The notes below the pieces were generated by a model. It made no database searches, was not told where the DNA came from, and saw nothing but the letters and a program-made list of their open reading frames with translations. From Dehalococcoidia bacterium (GTDB lineage Bacteria; Chloroflexota; Dehalococcoidia; Lucifugimonadales; Australimonadaceae), in the NCBI GenBank assembly GCA_965116305.1, contig OZ220673.1, positions 845,705 to 909,704 of the forward strand: DNA of 64,000 nt, written 5' to 3'. Position numbers and translations under genes: made by a program. Below are positions 10,201-21,061 of this stretch, in pieces (positions within the stretch are counted from its first letter, which is position 1; each line of letters begins with the position of its first letter).

Positions 10201-10466
10201 AGTTCGATGCCGCTCTCGGCCCACCGCTCGAACTGGGTGAAGCCGATGGTCTGCACGACCTGCGGGGACGCCTTGAAGTACTCCGTGGCCGCTTCCCATG
10301 CGCGGGGACCCTGCGACGCGATGCGGACGCCTTGCTGCGCCCAGCGCAGGGCAGGAGCAGGGCCCAGTGCGTCGGTCACCTCGTCGGCGACCGCTTCGTA
10401 GGCGGAGATGAGGGCGGACGGGTGCTTCTTCAGCTCCTCGATGACGCTGTCGTGCTCGTTCGTCAC
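7275..10466 (-). CDS. Large VWA-domain protein (NorD/CbbO-like) with N-terminal helical repeats
   Basis: GTG 10466 overlaps the Nudix stop (GTGA); YDEWDF, MIDAS DMSAS, TRMGPAIRHA, SDGRPQD. Confidence 0.85.
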   Translation of the reverse strand: MTNEHDSVIEELKKHPSALISAYEAVADEVTDALGPAPALRWAQQGVRIASQGPRAWEAATEYFKASPQVVQTIGFTQFERWAESGIELTAEAPVIAASFFRASPRVLPTLAPRHIAGWAGLGRGLSKGTWKSSSLAARFFDVSDELVQQVNFHELQLFVSLVQTLASRSYDLAAEALVLGQRVLPAVSEREELISLAKVLAETSWREVRGSFEAATRVGNSVDRRLRPRYFALSERLARQGLGNVSAFMVESAQSLGLLPQELQTMVLERAEDLADTSAEAVSAFLRTAPSVLDRISPAQLDTWFGRGLEFLKENPDAGIAYFRLESARAETLLDQLSSSIELEKVHGLLRMYSNALAGTEVELQESTDITHRNIGWVSVEFATTDGKSVFLPPTVDLRDTKSENFAWLKVVTTHQVGHLEFQSFDFDFHAPSAGFNDYREGVAEGLGAIPGTTEVASFFDLFPVRAMAADLFSTTESARIDQRIVEQYRGLAPSYERVQNDALASRGPIEMMPAQQALMEMLIRQSLGQTNTRIPSMYAAQARQLAGLLRSVRNRDATVEDSAEAALRMYYALSQVPNAFVPLDDWEDADLSNAGFDEPTLEEIVERLRAEAEEAQEEASGDEYESPDDVDYRGDFKPEMVQLLAQMRGQAEPGEEDGSESAQGISQAELEQALRESTEIDFADDAEVTTVAANMMKEMGADAPQNPAGSGYNQIPHVDEEGGPLEALEPRSYAYDEWDFRANDYRPRWCIVQERLAVSGETAFYNETMHSYAGLIEQIRRQFESVRPEMYRKVKRLPEGEDVDLDAGIEALIDLRNNMTPDERIYWRRNKDERDVAVVFLLDMSASTAEAVEESSRESDWNAPGDPVAYTAWLRARRGETARRPYKRIIDVEKESMVLLMNALETIGDRYGVYGFSGFGRENVEFYVIKEVEELFSDRVKRRMDKVAPLHATRMGPAIRHATTKLANVDAKTKFMFVISDGRPQDRGYSREGVEKEYAVQDTRMALMEARNIDITPFCLTVDRNGHDYLRTMTGDLNYEVLPDIMELPRRLPQLYKKITL

Positions 10467-11110
10467 GCCGTCTCCTTCTCCTGCCCCGCATCTTCGGGGC
10501 GCAGGTCCCGCAGCAGGTCGAGCAGTTGCGCGAGTATCCAGGCCGTCGCGCCGAACACGAGGTTGGGGCCGTGCACGTACGCCTTGCGCTGCAGCAGGCT
10601 GCCGTCCGGCTGGAGCCTCGCCTCGTGGCGCTCCGCGGCGTCGGTCAGCAGGTGGTCGAGCGGGATCTCGATGATCTCGGCGACCTCGTTCTCGTCGACC
10701 TCGAACCGGTACGGATGCGGGATGACCCCCACCGTGGACCAGACGAGGTAGTCCGTTCGAGTAAGGACAGGTTCCAGCGAGCCGATGACGTCCACGTCCC
10801 CGGGGGCGATGCCCATCTCCTCGTGCGCCTCGCGCAGGGCGCACGCGAGCATGTCCGGGTCGGTCAGTTCGTACTTGCCACCGGGGAAGGCGATCTCGCC
10901 TTGGTGCATGCCTACGAACTGCGAGCGCACGTTGAGGATGACGTGCCACTCGCCGTCGTGGAAGTGCAGCGGGATGAGGACGGCGGCAGGCCGCGCTCCG
11001 TCCGTGTCAGACGGCGCGAACGGCTTGCGCGAGGCAAGCGCCACGCGCAGCGCCTCGATGCGGGAGGCTGCTTCCGCCGGTATCGGCGTTGTCTGCAAGG
11101 TGGCCGCCAT
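10463..11110 (-). CDS. Nudix hydrolase, CoA pyrophosphatase type
   Basis: AAVLIPL, HQGEIAFPGG (NuCoA-like), ALREAHEEMG Nudix box, VFGATA; TAATG coupling to the upstream ATPase. Confidence 0.85.
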   Translation of the reverse strand: MAATLQTTPIPAEAASRIEALRVALASRKPFAPSDTDGARPAAVLIPLHFHDGEWHVILNVRSQFVGMHQGEIAFPGGKYELTDPDMLACALREAHEEMGIAPGDVDVIGSLEPVLTRTDYLVWSTVGVIPHPYRFEVDENEVAEIIEIPLDHLLTDAAERHEARLQPDGSLLQRKAYVHGPNLVFGATAWILAQLLDLLRDLRPEDAGQEKETA

Positions 11111-11976
11111 TACGGGAAGATGGAGGTCACGATCTCCATCACGCTCGCCTGCGTCTCGTGGTCGTCGGTGAGACCCCACACGACAGCGACCTCGCACGCC
11201 CTGCGCGGCGCGATGCCGTGCTCGATGAGCTTGCCGGCGTAGATGAGCAGGCGCGTGCTGACGCCTTCCTGCAGGCCCTGGCCGATGAGGTTGCGTATCT
11301 TCTCTCCGAGCAGCGCGAGCTGCTGGGCCGTGGTGCGGTCGACGCCGCTCTCGTGCTCGATGATCGGCCCTTCCAGGTCGCGCGGCGGGAAGTCGAACTC
11401 GATGGCGATGAAGCGCTGGCGCGTCGAGTGCTTCAGGTCCTTCAACGCGCTCTGGTAGCCGGGGTTGTAGGAGATGACGAGCAGGAAATTGGGGTGCGAC
11501 TCCAGCACCTCGCCGATCTTCTCGATGTGCAGCAGGCGGCGGTGGTCGGAGAGCGGGTGGATGAGCACAGTGGTGTCCTTCCGCGCCTCGACGACCTCGT
11601 CCAGGTAGCAGATGCCGCCGTGCTTGACGGCTCGGGTGAGCGGGCCGTCTATCCAGCGCGTCCCTTCCGGTTCGAGCAGGTAGCGCCCGACCAGGTCGCT
11701 CGCAGTGAGGTCCTCGTGGCAGGCGACGGTGACGAGGGGCGACATCTGTTCGGCGCGCCCGTCACGCTTGCGGGCCTGGTTGAGGCGCCACGACATGTAC
11801 TCGACGAAACGCGTCTTGCCGGAGCCGGTCGGTCCCTTGAGCAGGATGGGCACGCGTTGCGCGTAGGCCGCCTCGAAGATATCGATCTCGTCAGCGACCT
11901 CCAGGTAGAAGGGCTCCTTGTCGATGAAGTACTCTTCGATGTTGTGCTGCTGATAGAGCTGGGTCTGGTTCGCCAT
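11110..11976 (-). CDS. CbbQ/NirQ/NorQ family AAA+ ATPase (MoxR group)
   Basis: [10 protein letters not shown] Walker [10 protein letters not shown] Walker [23 protein letters not shown]. Confidence 0.92.
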   Translation of the reverse strand: MANQTQLYQQHNIEEYFIDKEPFYLEVADEIDIFEAAYAQRVPILLKGPTGSGKTRFVEYMSWRLNQARKRDGRAEQMSPLVTVACHEDLTASDLVGRYLLEPEGTRWIDGPLTRAVKHGGICYLDEVVEARKDTTVLIHPLSDHRRLLHIEKIGEVLESHPNFLLVISYNPGYQSALKDLKHSTRQRFIAIEFDFPPRDLEGPIIEHESGVDRTTAQQLALLGEKIRNLIGQGLQEGVSTRLLIYAGKLIEHGIAPRRACEVAVVWGLTDDHETQASVMEIVTSIFP

Positions 11977-11984
11977 GTGTCGCA

Positions 11985-12584
11985 CTACCTTACGGACAGG
12001 ATTCTCTCTTCCCACAGTCCCTGAACGCGCACCCGCAGGTCTTCCGGCGAGCCCGAGTTCTCGATGATAGCGTCTGCTCTGTTCAGCGCGGCCTCGGCCC
12101 CGCTCTGCGCCTCGGCGCGCCGATGCACGTCTTCCGGAGTCAGCCCGCGCTTCTGCAGGCGTTCCAGCACCGTTGCGGGGGGTGCCGAGACGACCCACAC
12201 CTCGTCTGCGAGGTCGTCCCACTTCGCTTGGTAGAGGAGCGCTGCGTCGATGACGACGGCGTGCTCGCCGTTCTGCCGGTGTTGCTCGATCGCCCGCGCC
12301 ACCTGCTGACGGATGAGCGGGTGGATCGCGGCGTTCAGCCAGGCGAGTGCCTGCGGGTTGGCGAAAACGAGCTCCCCGAGCCGGGCGCGGTCTATCTCCT
12401 GGTCGTCGTTCAGTATGCCGCTGCTGAATATCTCGACGAGACGCCTCCAGCCGATGGTCCCTTTCGCGTAGGCGCGGTGTCCCTCTGCGTCGGCGTCGAT
12501 AACCACTGCGCCGAGGCTCGCAAGGATGCTCGCGGCCTCACTCTTGCCAGTGCCGATCCCGCCCGTCAGCCCGATGACCCGCAC
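11985..12584 (-). CDS. coaE: Dephospho-CoA kinase
   Basis: GTG start [35 protein letters not shown]. Confidence 0.92.
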   Translation of the reverse strand: MRVIGLTGGIGTGKSEAASILASLGAVVIDADAEGHRAYAKGTIGWRRLVEIFSSGILNDDQEIDRARLGELVFANPQALAWLNAAIHPLIRQQVARAIEQHRQNGEHAVVIDAALLYQAKWDDLADEVWVVSAPPATVLERLQKRGLTPEDVHRRAEAQSGAEAALNRADAIIENSGSPEDLRVRVQGLWEERILSVR

Positions 12585-12706
12585 GTTGCCCCGGAGCCTC
12601 CGTTTCCGCGCCGCGTCCTCCCAGACGATGGCGCAATGGTTGAGTTTAGCATGCGAAAAAGCGTGCGTACACGTTAACAACCGGCCCCCTGTAGAATCCG
12701 GGGAAG

Positions 12707-15112
12707 ATGACGAACCTGCCGGACGTGCGGCCCGCCTCCGCGACGGGGCCTGAACTGCGCGAGCGGACGCTGGAACTGCTGGAGTTCCCCCGTATCCGCG
12801 AGGCGCTGGCGAGCCATACCCGCACGCCGATGTCCCGCGAACGCGCGCTGGCGCTCACACCCGTCTACGACGCCGGGGTTGTCGCCGAACTGCAGCAGGA
12901 GACCGCCGAGGCCGCGCTGCTCCTCGACGAGTCCCCGTCGCTCTCGCTCTCCAACGACCCGCGCCCGCTGGTCCAGCGTGCCGCGATGGGCGGCATGCTC
13001 CTCGGCAGCGAACTCATCGCCGTCGCCGAAGGGCTCGACGCTGCCCGCTCGGCAAAGGCGCTCGGGGGCGCGGCCCGATCGCGGACGCCGCTCCTGCGGA
13101 GCCTCACGCGGAACATCACCGACCTGCGTCCGCTGGAGCGCGAGCTGCGCGCGAAGCTGACGCCCTCGGGCGAGTTGAAGGACGACGCGAGCCCCTTGCT
13201 GCGCCAGCTCCGCACCGAGAGCCGCGACGCCTACCACCAGGCCGCGGGCGGGCTGCAGGCGTACGTCGACTCCGACCTTGGCGTGGAGGTGCTGCAGGAC
13301 CGGCTCTACACGGTGCGCGGCGGCAGGCTCGTGCTGCCGGTGAAAGCCGACTTCAAGGGCAGGATGCCCGGCATCGTGCACGGCTCCTCCGACTCCGGTG
13401 CGACGCTCTTCATCGAACCGTTCTCGAACGTGCACCGCACCAACCGCTGGCGCGAGGCTGGCGACGCCGAGCAGGAGGAGGTGCGCCGCATCCTGCAACG
13501 CCTCACCGTGAGCGTGGCGCGCCGTGCGGCGGAGACGATGCACGCGCTGGAGATGGTCGCGCGGCTGGACGCCGCGCTCGCGAAGGCCCGCTACGCCCGG
13601 ACGTACCGAGGCGTGGCAGTGGGGGAGGGCGACGCCGTGCGGCTTATCGAGGCGCGCCACCCGCTGCTCGGGATGGCCGTGCCTGTCTCGCTCGCGCTCG
13701 GACCGCCGATGTCGGTGCTCGTCGTGACCGGCCCGAACACGGGCGGGAAGACCGTTGCACTCAAGACACTCGGCCTCATGGCGCTCATGCGGCAGAGCGG
13801 GCTGATGCTCCCATGCTCGCCGCAGACGTCGCTGCCGCTCTTCGACGGCGTGTACGCCGACATCGGCGATCAGCAGAGCATCGAACACGCGGTCTCCACG
13901 TTCAGCTCGCACGTCACGGCCATCGCCGGGATACTGGCGCACGCGACGCCGCGCTCGCTCGTTCTGTTCGACGAACTCGGCACGTCGACGGACCCGGAGG
14001 AGGGCGCGGCGCTCGGCTGCGCGGTTGCGGCGCATCTCGCGGAGCAGGGCGTGCCGTGCGTCGTCACGACGCACCACCGTCCGCTGGCGGCGCTCGCCGA
14101 GGAGCACGAGGCGTTGGAGAACGCCAGCGTGGAGCTCGACCCGCAGACGCTCCGCCCCACGTACAAGCTGACGATGGGCCTGCCTGGCAGGAGCTACGCG
14201 ATGGATATCGCGGCGCGGACGGGGCTGGACGCGCGCATCATCGAGGCCGCGCAGCAACGGCTCGGTCCCGTGCATCGCGAGACCGAGGGGCTGCTGACGG
14301 CGATCCGCTGGGAGCGCGCGCTGACGCGGGAGAAGTTGGACGAGGCGGAGGCGGAACGTGCCAGGGCGGCAGAACTCTCGGCGGAACTCGCTAAGCAGGT
14401 CGAGGCGCTGGAGTCGGCGCAGGCGTCGGTCGTGGAAGAGGTGCGGGCCGAGTTGCGCCAGGAGGCGAACCGCGTCCGTGCGAAACTGCGGCAGGCCGAG
14501 TCCGCGGCGGAGTGGCAGACGTTCCGCGGCGAGCCGCCGCCTCCGCGCGTGATGGAAGCGGCGACCGCCGACGTTGCCGACGTGCAGCGCGCGCTGCGTT
14601 CGCGGGTCTGGGGGAAACGCGCCGTGTCTGCTCCGACAGAGCGTAAGACGAAACTCGCGGTTGGCGAGACGGTGGAGGTGGGCGCGCTCGGCATCAAGGG
14701 CTCGGTGCTGACCGAGCCCGACAACTCGGGACGCGTGGAGGTGCTCGTGGGCTCGGCGCGGCTGCAGATGGACGTGTCGCGCCTGCGCCGTGCGGGAGAG
14801 CCGATCGAGGAGGAGCGCGGGCAGCGTTCCGCTCGTTCCGACGTTTCGATCCCGCTCTCCACTCCTGCGCCCGGCATCGAGCTGGACGTGCGAGGTGAGC
14901 GCGCCAACGAGGCCGTCGAGCGGCTCGACGCCTACATCGACAGCGCCCTTGCCTATGGTCTTACACACGTTCGTATCGTGCACGGGAAGGGGACGGGCGC
15001 GCTCCGGAATGCGGTCTGGCGGCGGCTCGCGGACAGTAGCACAGTGGCGTCGTACGCATTCGCTCCCCGCGAACGGGGCGGGGACGGCGCGACCGAAGTG
15101 GAGCTGCGGTAG
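12707..15112 (+). CDS. mutS2: Endonuclease MutS2
   Basis: TGPNTGGKT, DIGDQQSI, STFSSH, DELGTSTDP; C-terminal Smr domain HGKGTGALR...GGDGAT. Confidence 0.95.
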   Translation: MTNLPDVRPASATGPELRERTLELLEFPRIREALASHTRTPMSRERALALTPVYDAGVVAELQQETAEAALLLDESPSLSLSNDPRPLVQRAAMGGMLLGSELIAVAEGLDAARSAKALGGAARSRTPLLRSLTRNITDLRPLERELRAKLTPSGELKDDASPLLRQLRTESRDAYHQAAGGLQAYVDSDLGVEVLQDRLYTVRGGRLVLPVKADFKGRMPGIVHGSSDSGATLFIEPFSNVHRTNRWREAGDAEQEEVRRILQRLTVSVARRAAETMHALEMVARLDAALAKARYARTYRGVAVGEGDAVRLIEARHPLLGMAVPVSLALGPPMSVLVVTGPNTGGKTVALKTLGLMALMRQSGLMLPCSPQTSLPLFDGVYADIGDQQSIEHAVSTFSSHVTAIAGILAHATPRSLVLFDELGTSTDPEEGAALGCAVAAHLAEQGVPCVVTTHHRPLAALAEEHEALENASVELDPQTLRPTYKLTMGLPGRSYAMDIAARTGLDARIIEAAQQRLGPVHRETEGLLTAIRWERALTREKLDEAEAERARAAELSAELAKQVEALESAQASVVEEVRAELRQEANRVRAKLRQAESAAEWQTFRGEPPPPRVMEAATADVADVQRALRSRVWGKRAVSAPTERKTKLAVGETVEVGALGIKGSVLTEPDNSGRVEVLVGSARLQMDVSRLRRAGEPIEEERGQRSARSDVSIPLSTPAPGIELDVRGERANEAVERLDAYIDSALAYGLTHVRIVHGKGTGALRNAVWRRLADSSTVASYAFAPRERGGDGATEVELR

Positions 15113-15190
15113 ACCCACGCAGCCTCACGGTTGCACAGCCGCACTGCTACACTTTGGAGCAGGCCGCGTGCCCGGTGGGAGGTGAACGAG

Positions 15191-15415
15191 ATGCAAACGG
15201 TGGGGTTGGGGCTGCTGCTGGTGGGGCTGGTTGGGTTGCTCGGCGTCGGGGTCTACTACGCGCTGGCGGAGCTGTTCGCTGCCGACGAGGTCCCGTTCCT
15301 GATAAGGCTCTCCATCGCCGCCGTCATCGTCGGGTTCGTGGTGCTGATGGCCTCGGTCGTCCGCGACCGGATACGTGAGAGCAAGACGGAGCGATTCGAG
15401 GAGGTTGACCGATGA
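15191..15415 (+). CDS. Small two-TM membrane protein
   Basis: ATG 15191 after GGAGG; two hydrophobic segments; ATGA overlap with the next gene. Confidence 0.7.
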   Translation: MQTVGLGLLLVGLVGLLGVGVYYALAELFAADEVPFLIRLSIAAVIVGFVVLMASVVRDRIRESKTERFEEVDR

Positions 15416-15735
15416 TCCTTGCCACGTCCGACTCAGTCCCGGGGAAGCGCATCACCGAAGTGAAAGGCCTCGTGCAGGGCAACACGATCCGCGCGCGCAA
15501 CATCGGACGCGACATCGTCGCCGGCCTGCGCAACATCGTGGGCGGCGAGGTCACGGAGTACACGCGGCTCATGGCGGAGTCGCGTGAGCAGGCCATCGCA
15601 CGGATGGTGGAGCAGGCGGAGTCCATGGGCGCGAACGCCATCGTGGGCATGCGGTTCGTCACGTCGATGGTGATGCAGGGCGCGTCGGAACTGCTGGCGT
15701 ACGGGACCGCGGTCGTCGTGGAGGACGAAGGGTAG
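15412..15735 (+). CDS. YbjQ/UPF0145 family protein
   Basis: GRDIVAGLRNIVGGEVTEY...GANAIVGMRF...AYGTAV. Confidence 0.9.
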   Translation: MILATSDSVPGKRITEVKGLVQGNTIRARNIGRDIVAGLRNIVGGEVTEYTRLMAESREQAIARMVEQAESMGANAIVGMRFVTSMVMQGASELLAYGTAVVVEDEG

Positions 15736-15738
15736 GGG

Positions 15739-16200
15739 TCAGCCCGCCTGCGCCTTGCGGTAGTCGGCGATGGCGTCCTGGAGCGTCGTCCAGCCGAGGA
15801 GGGCGCACTTGATGCGGATGGGGAACTCTCGCACGCCCTGCAGCGCAACGATGTCGCCGAGCGCGTCCTCCTGCTCCTCTGTCAGCTCGTCGCCCTGCAT
15901 GACGCCCTTGAACGTCTGTACGAGCGCCTCCGCCTCCTCGATCGTCTGACCACCGAGGTGCGTCGTGAGCATCGAGGCCGACGCCTGGCTGATCGAGCAG
16001 CCCTCCCCCTCGAACCGGGTCTCGCTGATACGCCCGTCGCCGCCGAGGCTGATGGTCAGCACCACCTGGTCGCCGCAGAACGGGTTGAAACCCGTCGACT
16101 GCAGGTCCGGCTCGGGGATCAGGCCCTGATTCCGGGGGCGGCGGTAGTGGTCCAGGATGATGTCCTTGTAGAGGTCATCGAGCCTGTCGGGCATCTGCAT
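15739..16200 (-). CDS. sufU: SufU/NifU-like Fe-S assembly sulfur-transfer protein
   Basis: ILDHY, NPFCGD, GCSISQAS, RIKCA. Confidence 0.92.
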   Translation of the reverse strand: MQMPDRLDDLYKDIILDHYRRPRNQGLIPEPDLQSTGFNPFCGDQVVLTISLGGDGRISETRFEGEGCSISQASASMLTTHLGGQTIEEAEALVQTFKGVMQGDELTEEQEDALGDIVALQGVREFPIRIKCALLGWTTLQDAIADYRKAQAG

Positions 16201-17428
16201 CGCCGAAATACTCCATCGTCTGCCTGAGCGCGGAGATGAGCACGTCCACCTCCTGCTCCGTATTGTAGAGGTAGAAGCTCGCCCGCGCGGTCGCCGGGAC
16301 GTGCAGCTTGCTGCGCACGAGCGGCATCGCGCAGTGGTGCCCCGCCCGTATCGCGACGCCGAAGCTGTCCAGCACCTGGCTGATGTCGTGCGGGTGGATG
16401 CCGCTCATGTAGAACGAGACGACGCCGCCGCGCACCGAGAGGTCAGTCGGGCCGTACGTCTCCACGTCCTCGAGTTCGCGGAAGCGTTCGAGCGCGTAGC
16501 CGGTGAGCGCTATCTCGTGCTCGCGGACTTGCTCCATGCCGAGACCGCTCAGGTAGTCGACCGCCGCGCCGAGCGCGATGGCGTCCGCGATGTTCGGCGT
16601 GCCGGCCTCGAACTTCATCGGCGGGCGGTTCCAGGTCGCGCTCTCGTACGTCACCTCGAGCACCATCTCGCCGCCGCGCAGGAACGGCTCGACCTCGTCG
16701 ATGACGTCGGGCGAGATGTACAGCCCGCCGATACCGGTGGGGCCCGCCATCTTGTGTCCGGAGAACGCCATGAAGTCGCAGCCCATCTCCTGCACGTCCA
16801 CGGGCATGTGCGGAACGCTCTGCGCGGCGTCGACGAGCACGCGTGCCCCCACGCGGTGCGCCGCCTCCGTGATCTCCTTCACCGGCGTGATGGTCCCGAG
16901 CACGTTGGACATGTGGGTGAGCGCCACGAGCCCCGTGTTGGGGCTCAGCAGCTCGTCGAGGTCGGAGAGGTCGAGCGTGTAGTCCGCGCCGACGGCCATC
17001 AGGCGCAGCTCGGCGTCGTTCGTGTGCGCGACGTGCTGCCACGGCACGAGGTTGGAGTGGTGCTCCATCTCCGTGGTGACGATGCGGTCGCCCGCGCCGA
17101 CGCGCTCCGCCGCCCAGGTGTACGCGACGAGGTTGATCGCCTCGGTCGTGTTGCGCACGAAGACGATGTTCTCCGGCGACGGCGCGTTGATGAACGCGGC
17201 GACCTTCTCGCGCGCCTCCTCGTAGGCCACGGTCGCTTCCATCGCGAGCGTGTGCGCCCCGCGGTGGACGTTCGCGTTGTACTGCTCGTAGTAGTCCACG
17301 AGCGCGGCGATGACGGAAGCGGGTTTCTGCGACGTGGCCGCGTTGTCCAGGTAGACCAGCGGCACGTTGTTGACCATGCGGTTGAGGATGGGGAAGTCCT
17401 TCCGCACCTGCTGGATGTCGTACATCAC
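16175..17428 (-). CDS. sufS: SufS cysteine desulfurase
   Basis: YLDNAATSQKP, FSGHKM, FEAGTP, RAGHHCA. Confidence 0.95.
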   Translation of the reverse strand: MMYDIQQVRKDFPILNRMVNNVPLVYLDNAATSQKPASVIAALVDYYEQYNANVHRGAHTLAMEATVAYEEAREKVAAFINAPSPENIVFVRNTTEAINLVAYTWAAERVGAGDRIVTTEMEHHSNLVPWQHVAHTNDAELRLMAVGADYTLDLSDLDELLSPNTGLVALTHMSNVLGTITPVKEITEAAHRVGARVLVDAAQSVPHMPVDVQEMGCDFMAFSGHKMAGPTGIGGLYISPDVIDEVEPFLRGGEMVLEVTYESATWNRPPMKFEAGTPNIADAIALGAAVDYLSGLGMEQVREHEIALTGYALERFRELEDVETYGPTDLSVRGGVVSFYMSGIHPHDISQVLDSFGVAIRAGHHCAMPLVRSKLHVPATARASFYLYNTEQEVDVLISALRQTMEYFGDADARQAR

Positions 17429-18789
17429 CGGCTCCCGCCCAGGCAGTCGGCGACGGCCTGCTCGACGTGTTGCCGCACCGCGCCGTCCTCTATCGCGTCC
17501 AGCACCTCGCTCACGAACCCGTGCACCAGCAGGCTGCGCGCCACGTCCTCGCCGATGCCCCGGCTCTTCAGGTAGAAGAGGGCGTCGGCGTCGAGTTGCC
17601 CCACTGCCGCGCCGTGCGTACAGGTGACGTCGTCGGCGTATATCTCCAGCTTCGGCTGCGTGTCCACCTCCGCGTCGGAGGAGAGCAGCAGGTTCTTGTT
17701 CACCTGGTGCGCCACGGTCTGCTGCGAGTCCGGCCTGACGAGCACGCCACCGGCGAACACGCCGTGCGATGAGTCACCGAGGATGCCCTTGTAGACCTCG
17801 TTGGACGACGCTCCGGGCGCGGCGTGGTCGATGAACGTCTGGTTGTCCACGTGACGCTCGCCCGCGCCGTAGTACAGCCCATTGAGATTGACGCTCGCAC
17901 CGGACGCGACGAGCAGCGTCGCGGTCTCGCGGCGTACGAGCCGCCCGCCGAGATCGACGGCGACGGAGGCGATGCGGCTGTCGCGCGCCTGCTCCATGCG
18001 TGTTGTCGCGATGTGGAAGGCGTCGTTGCTCTCGCACTGGAGCGTACAGAGGCGGAGGTTCGCGCCGGGGGCGGTGACGACCTCCGTGAGCGCGTTCGTG
18101 AGGTACGTGCCGCCGTCCAGGCTGTGGAAGCTCTGGAGGACGGTTGCGCTGGTGTCCGCGCCCGCGGCGATGAGCACGCGTGGGTGCGTGACGACGGCCT
18201 GTGCGCCGGTGGAGATGAACAGCAGGTAGATCGGCTCCGGCACGAACGTGCCGTCCGGTATCTGCACGAACGCGCCGTCGCGCAGGAACGCCGTGTTGAG
18301 CGCGGTGAACGCGTTCCCCGGCGCCGGAGCGAGCCGCCCCAGGTGCTCGCGCACGAGCGGGACGCGGTACTCGATGGCGTCGGCGAGCCGCCCCACGACG
18401 GGGCCGTCGCCGTGGCGTCCGAGGACGTCGCTGTGCAGCCCGGCCTCGCTGACCGGTTCGGTGGAGAGCCCCGGCTCGTAGTGGCCGTCCACGAACACGA
18501 GCTGGTGGACGCGCGGGCAGGGGAGTTCGTACGCATGGTAGTCGATGCCTGCGCCCGCTTCCGGCGCGTACTCCGCGAGAGTGAAGGTCGCGTCGGCTAT
18601 CGGGCGGACGTTGGTGTACTTCCACGGCTCGTTGCCCCTGCGGGCGGTCGGGAAGCCGAGGCGTTCGAAGTCGCCGAACGCGCTCCTGCGGACGTCGCGC
18701 AGCCACGCCGGGCTGATCTCCGCGCCGTTGTGCTCGAAGCGGCGGAACTGCTCGGACCAGGATCCGGTGACGGTCGCGTGCTGGGTCAT
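17425..18789 (-). CDS. sufD: Fe-S cluster assembly protein SufD
   Basis: Start MTQHAT (18789); EPWKYT, PKLEIYADDVTCTHGA, FYLKSRG. Confidence 0.92.
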   Translation of the reverse strand: MTQHATVTGSWSEQFRRFEHNGAEISPAWLRDVRRSAFGDFERLGFPTARRGNEPWKYTNVRPIADATFTLAEYAPEAGAGIDYHAYELPCPRVHQLVFVDGHYEPGLSTEPVSEAGLHSDVLGRHGDGPVVGRLADAIEYRVPLVREHLGRLAPAPGNAFTALNTAFLRDGAFVQIPDGTFVPEPIYLLFISTGAQAVVTHPRVLIAAGADTSATVLQSFHSLDGGTYLTNALTEVVTAPGANLRLCTLQCESNDAFHIATTRMEQARDSRIASVAVDLGGRLVRRETATLLVASGASVNLNGLYYGAGERHVDNQTFIDHAAPGASSNEVYKGILGDSSHGVFAGGVLVRPDSQQTVAHQVNKNLLLSSDAEVDTQPKLEIYADDVTCTHGAAVGQLDADALFYLKSRGIGEDVARSLLVHGFVSEVLDAIEDGAVRQHVEQAVADCLGGSR

Positions 18790-18796
18790 CGGAGCG

Positions 18797-19548
18797 TCAG
18801 ACGCCTGCTCCGGCCTCGATCCAGTCGTAGCCGCGCTCCTCGATCTCCTTCGCGAGCGCCCTGCCGCCGGAGCGCGCGATGCGGCCGTCGATGAGCACGT
18901 GGACGTGGTCCGGTTCGAGGTAGGAGAGGACGCGGTCGTAGTGGGTGACGAGGATGGTGGACGTGCCGGGAACGCTGAGGTCCGTGATGCCCCGCGCAAC
19001 CTCGCGGAGCGCGTCGATGTCCAGGCCGGAGTCGATCTCGTCCAGGATGCGCAGGCGCGGTTCCAGCACCGCCATCTGCAGCACCTCGTTCCGCTTCTTC
19101 TCGCCGCCGGAGAAGCCCTCGTTCACCGCGCGCTTGGTCATCGCCGGTTCCATCTCGACGGCCTTGGCCTTGCTGCGGATGAGCCGGTCGAACTTCAGCG
19201 GGTCCAACTGCTCCTCGCCTGCACTCTTGCGCAGTTCGTTGTAGCCCGCGCGCAGGAAGTGGTCCATCCGCACGCCTGGTATCTCTATCGGGTGCTGGAA
19301 CGAGAGGAACAGTCCCCTGCGGGCGCGCTCCTCGGCGGGAAGCGTCAGCAGGTCTTCGCCGTCGAACGTGACGTTGCCGGCGGTCACGTCGTAGCCCGGA
19401 CGCCCCGCGAGCACGTACGCGAGCGTGCTCTTGCCGGAGCCGTTCGGCCCCATGATGGCGTGTGTCTCGTCCACGCCGACGCTCAGGTCGATACCTTTCA
19501 GTATCTCGACGCCGTTCACTTCGGCGTGCAGCCCGCGTACTTCCAGCA

Positions 19549-19549
<1 letters not shown>
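18797..19549 (-). CDS. sufC: Fe-S cluster assembly ATPase SufC
   Basis: Start MLEVRG (19549); GPNGSGKS, FSGGEKKRNE, LDEIDSGLD. Confidence 0.95.
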
Positions 19550-21000
<1,451 letters not shown>

Positions 21001-21010
21001 TTCTTCTTTC

Positions 21011-21057
21011 CCCTCTCCTCTCCGGGAGAGGGCGCCGCCTCAGCGGCGGTGGGTGGG
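21011..21057 (+). repeat. Palindromic repeat module A in the sufB 5' leader
   Basis: ccctctcc-tctccg-ggagaggg hairpin, gccgc-ctca-gcggc hairpin and gggtggg tail. Confidence 0.65.
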
Positions 21058-21061
21058 AGTG

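Noticed and set aside
7275-11976. Evidence for carbon fixation or denitrification from the cbbQ/norQ-like and VWA genes
   Set aside because: No RuBisCO, nor or nir genes are in the window; family membership alone does not identify the client.
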